Notes under the pieces: model-generated | Seen by the model: the letters and a program-made list of their open reading frames with translations, nothing else | What the model was told of the DNA's origin: nothing | Database searches by the model: none | Source of the DNA: Dimorphilus gyrociliatus | Taxonomy: Eukaryota > Animalia > Annelida | Length of the DNA stretch: 64,000 bases | Assembly (NCBI GenBank): GCA_904063045.1 | Contig: CAJFCJ010000007.1 | Coordinates: 154,109 to 218,108 of the forward strand | Reading direction: 5' to 3' | In this document: positions 60,969-64,000 of the stretch, in pieces | Layout of the letters: every line of letters begins with the position of its first letter | Numbering within the stretch: the stretch's first letter is position 1 | Translations under genes and position numbers: made by a program

Positions 60969-63900
60969 TTAAAATATTCTTTATTGCATAAATTTTCTCT
61001 ACAGTAACATAAAAAAAACGTTTATATTTACTTTCACGGAATATTTTTTTCCTTTCTCATTTAACTATATTAAAAGTTCAACTTAACAAAAGTCATTTTT
61101 TTAGCATTGGAACTGAAAGTCAAAGAGTTATTTTTATCACTAACCAAGTGATAATTAAATTACTAAACTGACAACTGTCTTGTATTATATTCCATTTCTC
61201 GTAACAGTATCGACTCTTATTCGGTATCTTTTCCAATTTCTTTCAAAACATCTTTATGCGTTCGTTTCGTTAAAGTTGAATGTTTTTTCTTTACATTTTA
61301 TCTCTTTTTATATAGTTTATTAGAATATGTATATGTGTATATAAATATATATATTAATATATAGAAAAGAGTATCAGAGTCGTAAACAACAATTAACATA
61401 AATACTCTGTAAACGCGAAACAACCGTAATATAATGGCAGTGTAGAGTGCATAATTAATATATGAGTTTTATTGCGAAAACAAGCAGCGGTGCATAAAAA
61501 GTGAAAAAGATGAGAAAACGTTCGAATAAATTTTACAGTATTGTATTTATAATCATAGTTAAAAGGATTTACACCGCAACCGACTGTGTTTTAAAAGCTG
61601 CTGACAATTCTTTAGGTGAACAAAAGATGTCGGACATTAAATATTCCTCTTAAGTTTGCTTTCGTGTTTGTAATAATTGAATACCATTAACTTTTATGTT
61701 TTTCTATTTTCGCTATAAAGTAAATTGGAGAAAAATATCGAATTGATCATGAAGAAATAGAAATAAATATGACAAAGATTACTATCCATTGAACAGTTCT
61801 CATCTTTAACTTGCTTTCTTTTGTTAAACTCTTAAAGACAGATAGAATGAGTGTTACTTTTATTTTAATGAATTATGTATAGAAATAATAACAAAAAGTA
61901 TGTAGTATATAGATTCATTTATGTATAAATATACAATTATATATATATATATATAGAATTTGGAATATATATATATATATATTTATGTATATATAATATA
62001 CAATACAAGAATTATTCACACTCGATCATGGGCATCGAACAAAACGTAATTGTATTCAAAAAGAGTGCATACATATTTCTAACCAAAATGAAATATCATC
62101 CTTGTTGTTTTTCCATTAAACGCATTATTGACGTCTTTTATAAGTACATATTAATATAAAGTACATTAGATAACCGATATGTACGTATATGTTATGCAAA
62201 ATACCTCTTTTTTTATACATGAAGTAGGATATTAATTTAAAATAAAGCATAAAGTAGTTGTGTTTTGTTTAAGTTAAAATCTATTATTTCTAATAGTTTT
62301 TTATTTGTTTACTTATCTTTTCTTACCCACCATTTTTCTTTTGAATTTTTTTACTTACTCCAAATATATAGAACAATTAAACATTGAAAATTCATATAAG
62401 TTCTTACATCTGGCGTATTATAAAGCTCTCTACCTATATACGGGCTCAACAAATAAATTCACATCAAAAGAGCAGTTCTTTTTTTTTTACCCTCCTTCTT
62501 TCCCCCCTACCCCCTCACCTCCTCTCTCTCTCTCTCCCCCCCCTCCTTCCTTTTTCCAAAACATCTACGTCATGTATTTATCCCATTTTTCTCCTTACCA
62601 TTTGGTCCTTCTATTACTTGTTGCATTTACCCCTACTAGTGAAGAGGGTCAATTATTTCTTTTTGCGCTACTAAAATAGAAATCTAATTTAAGATTATAT
62701 TCTTTGACCGTCGAGATAAATGAAAAAGTGTTTATTCGATGTAAAAATAGCTTACGTAAACATAAAATGACCGTATAAACCAAACTTCTGGAATTTTGTT
62801 TTGATAAATACTGAATTTATAACATATGTACAACGCATATAAAGAGTATATAGATAATTAAATAAAGAGAAATAATATGTAATGCGCTTTTAATCAAATG
62901 CCCGGCATATTTATTATGCATATATAATGTCTGTTGATAGAAGTAGTTAGAGGTTTGCGCCTGCGCTGTGCATTAAATTGAAAAGAACGTTTTATTCGAC
63001 GCTCAGCAATAAATTAGCAGTTTGCAGTATAGTTCTATACTTTATTCAATGGCTATTTTACGAGTACAATAAGTTGCTTTTGAGCGCACCATTTAAGCTT
63101 ATTGTATTGTTCCTTTTAAGATATTGTTACTGTTCAATTAATCAATCCTACTTTGGCTTTTTTTCTTGTTCTAAATATGAATCAACAAAAGACCTCTTGC
63201 GTTTGACGAGACGCTCTCTTTTTTTTGTCCAAAGCTTACACGATTAATCATCTTGGAAAAAAAAACGGTGTCTGAAAGGACGATAGTTTGACTGCAAAAG
63301 AGCGGTCGCAGTAGATTAGGCGTCTAAGCTGAAAATTGGCAATTAATGTGTTGATGAAGCCTGATAATTGCAGTGCACCAAGTATATCGACTTCTCATTA
63401 AGTGAGTTGCAGACACACATTTCATGGGAGACGAGATCTAATGACAATAAATGTTCTCCTCCCCCAATCGATCGTAATTTAGGAGAGTAATTCCTTATAA
63501 TTCATCACTATTATATATTATATCGAACGCGTGCATATCGTTCATCTAAGATAGTGTTCGACCGGGCGTCGCTAATAGTCAAGGCGTCTGTGTGGAAAAT
63601 ATTATCAAATTTGATTTCAACGCCTCGGCACCACGCAGGCCAAAGGTTAGTGCGTAGGGGCGTCACTCGGGGAGCCTTTGTCGTCACGGAATTAGCTTCG
63701 GTGTGATTTCCGTATGAATAGACGCTTCAACACTCGTCAACATTAATTAGCGAACGTTCGACGCGACGACTCTTTGCGCGGACACGCGTACCTTTCATTA
63801 AACTTTCATTAAAACATTTACCGCACAAAATTACTATAAAATGTCAAACAGATTCGACGTTTGTTTTTTAATCAACGAAAGTTCATTAATTATTTATTTA

Positions 63901-64000
63901 CAGTTTAGCTTTTAGCTTTTCCTGAATTTTTAATCTACAGCAATTAAATGCATCGTCAAGGCACCAAAAACTTCAACCTTTATCAAAAATTCCCTTTTTC

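Noticed and set aside
61435-61456. miR-34-like start TGGCAGTGT
   Set aside because: Only 9 nt match and no hairpin partner was found.
1766-63247. Most short ORFs in the supplied track (F/L/I/Y/S- or K/R/E-rich)
   Set aside because: They are translations of (TA)n, (CT)n, poly-T or poly-A tracts, with no domain signal and no coherent splice structure.
1-64000. CRISPR arrays, tRNA/rRNA/snRNA genes, and intact transposase or reverse-transcriptase ORFs
   Set aside because: No regularly spaced repeats were seen. GTTCGA occurrences (for example 11063 and 19123) lack cloverleaf context, and no transposase or RT motifs appear in any long frame.

Overview
AT-rich (roughly 30% GC by eye) animal genomic DNA with very short GT-AG introns (56-107 bp in the best-resolved genes). 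This points to a compact-genome bilaterian, probably a spiralian such as an annelid; the taxon is inference. About 25 kb at the 5' end has no recognisable coding sequence, only GC-rich regulatory-looking islands, splice-competent fragments, hairpins and microsatellites. From about 27 to 60 kb, eight coding units could be reconstructed by hand: an LDLa-TM-PPxY membrane protein (+), an 81-aa acidic/NLS small protein that may also be that protein's C-terminus (+), a 7-exon D-serine dehydratase (-), an intronless divergent class A GPCR (+), an intronless trunk/PTTH/noggin-like cystine-knot protein (-), a 4-exon alpha-type nicotinic receptor subunit with an atypical pore (-), an orphan coiled-coil protein (-), and a SKOR/Fussel co-repressor (-). 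The most interesting signals are the nAChR pore (PDR filter, natural Ser at 9'), a Mir-96/263b-like sequence in a long hairpin antisense to a SKOR intron, a possible dual-output receptor/nuclear-peptide locus, several candidate TGF-beta/BMP modulators within about 33 kb, CTCF-like motifs at gene boundaries, and many Tc1/mariner-type TACAGTA footprints. No CRISPR array, rRNA, tRNA or intact mobile element was seen. All coordinates and counts were made by eye, with no database searches.
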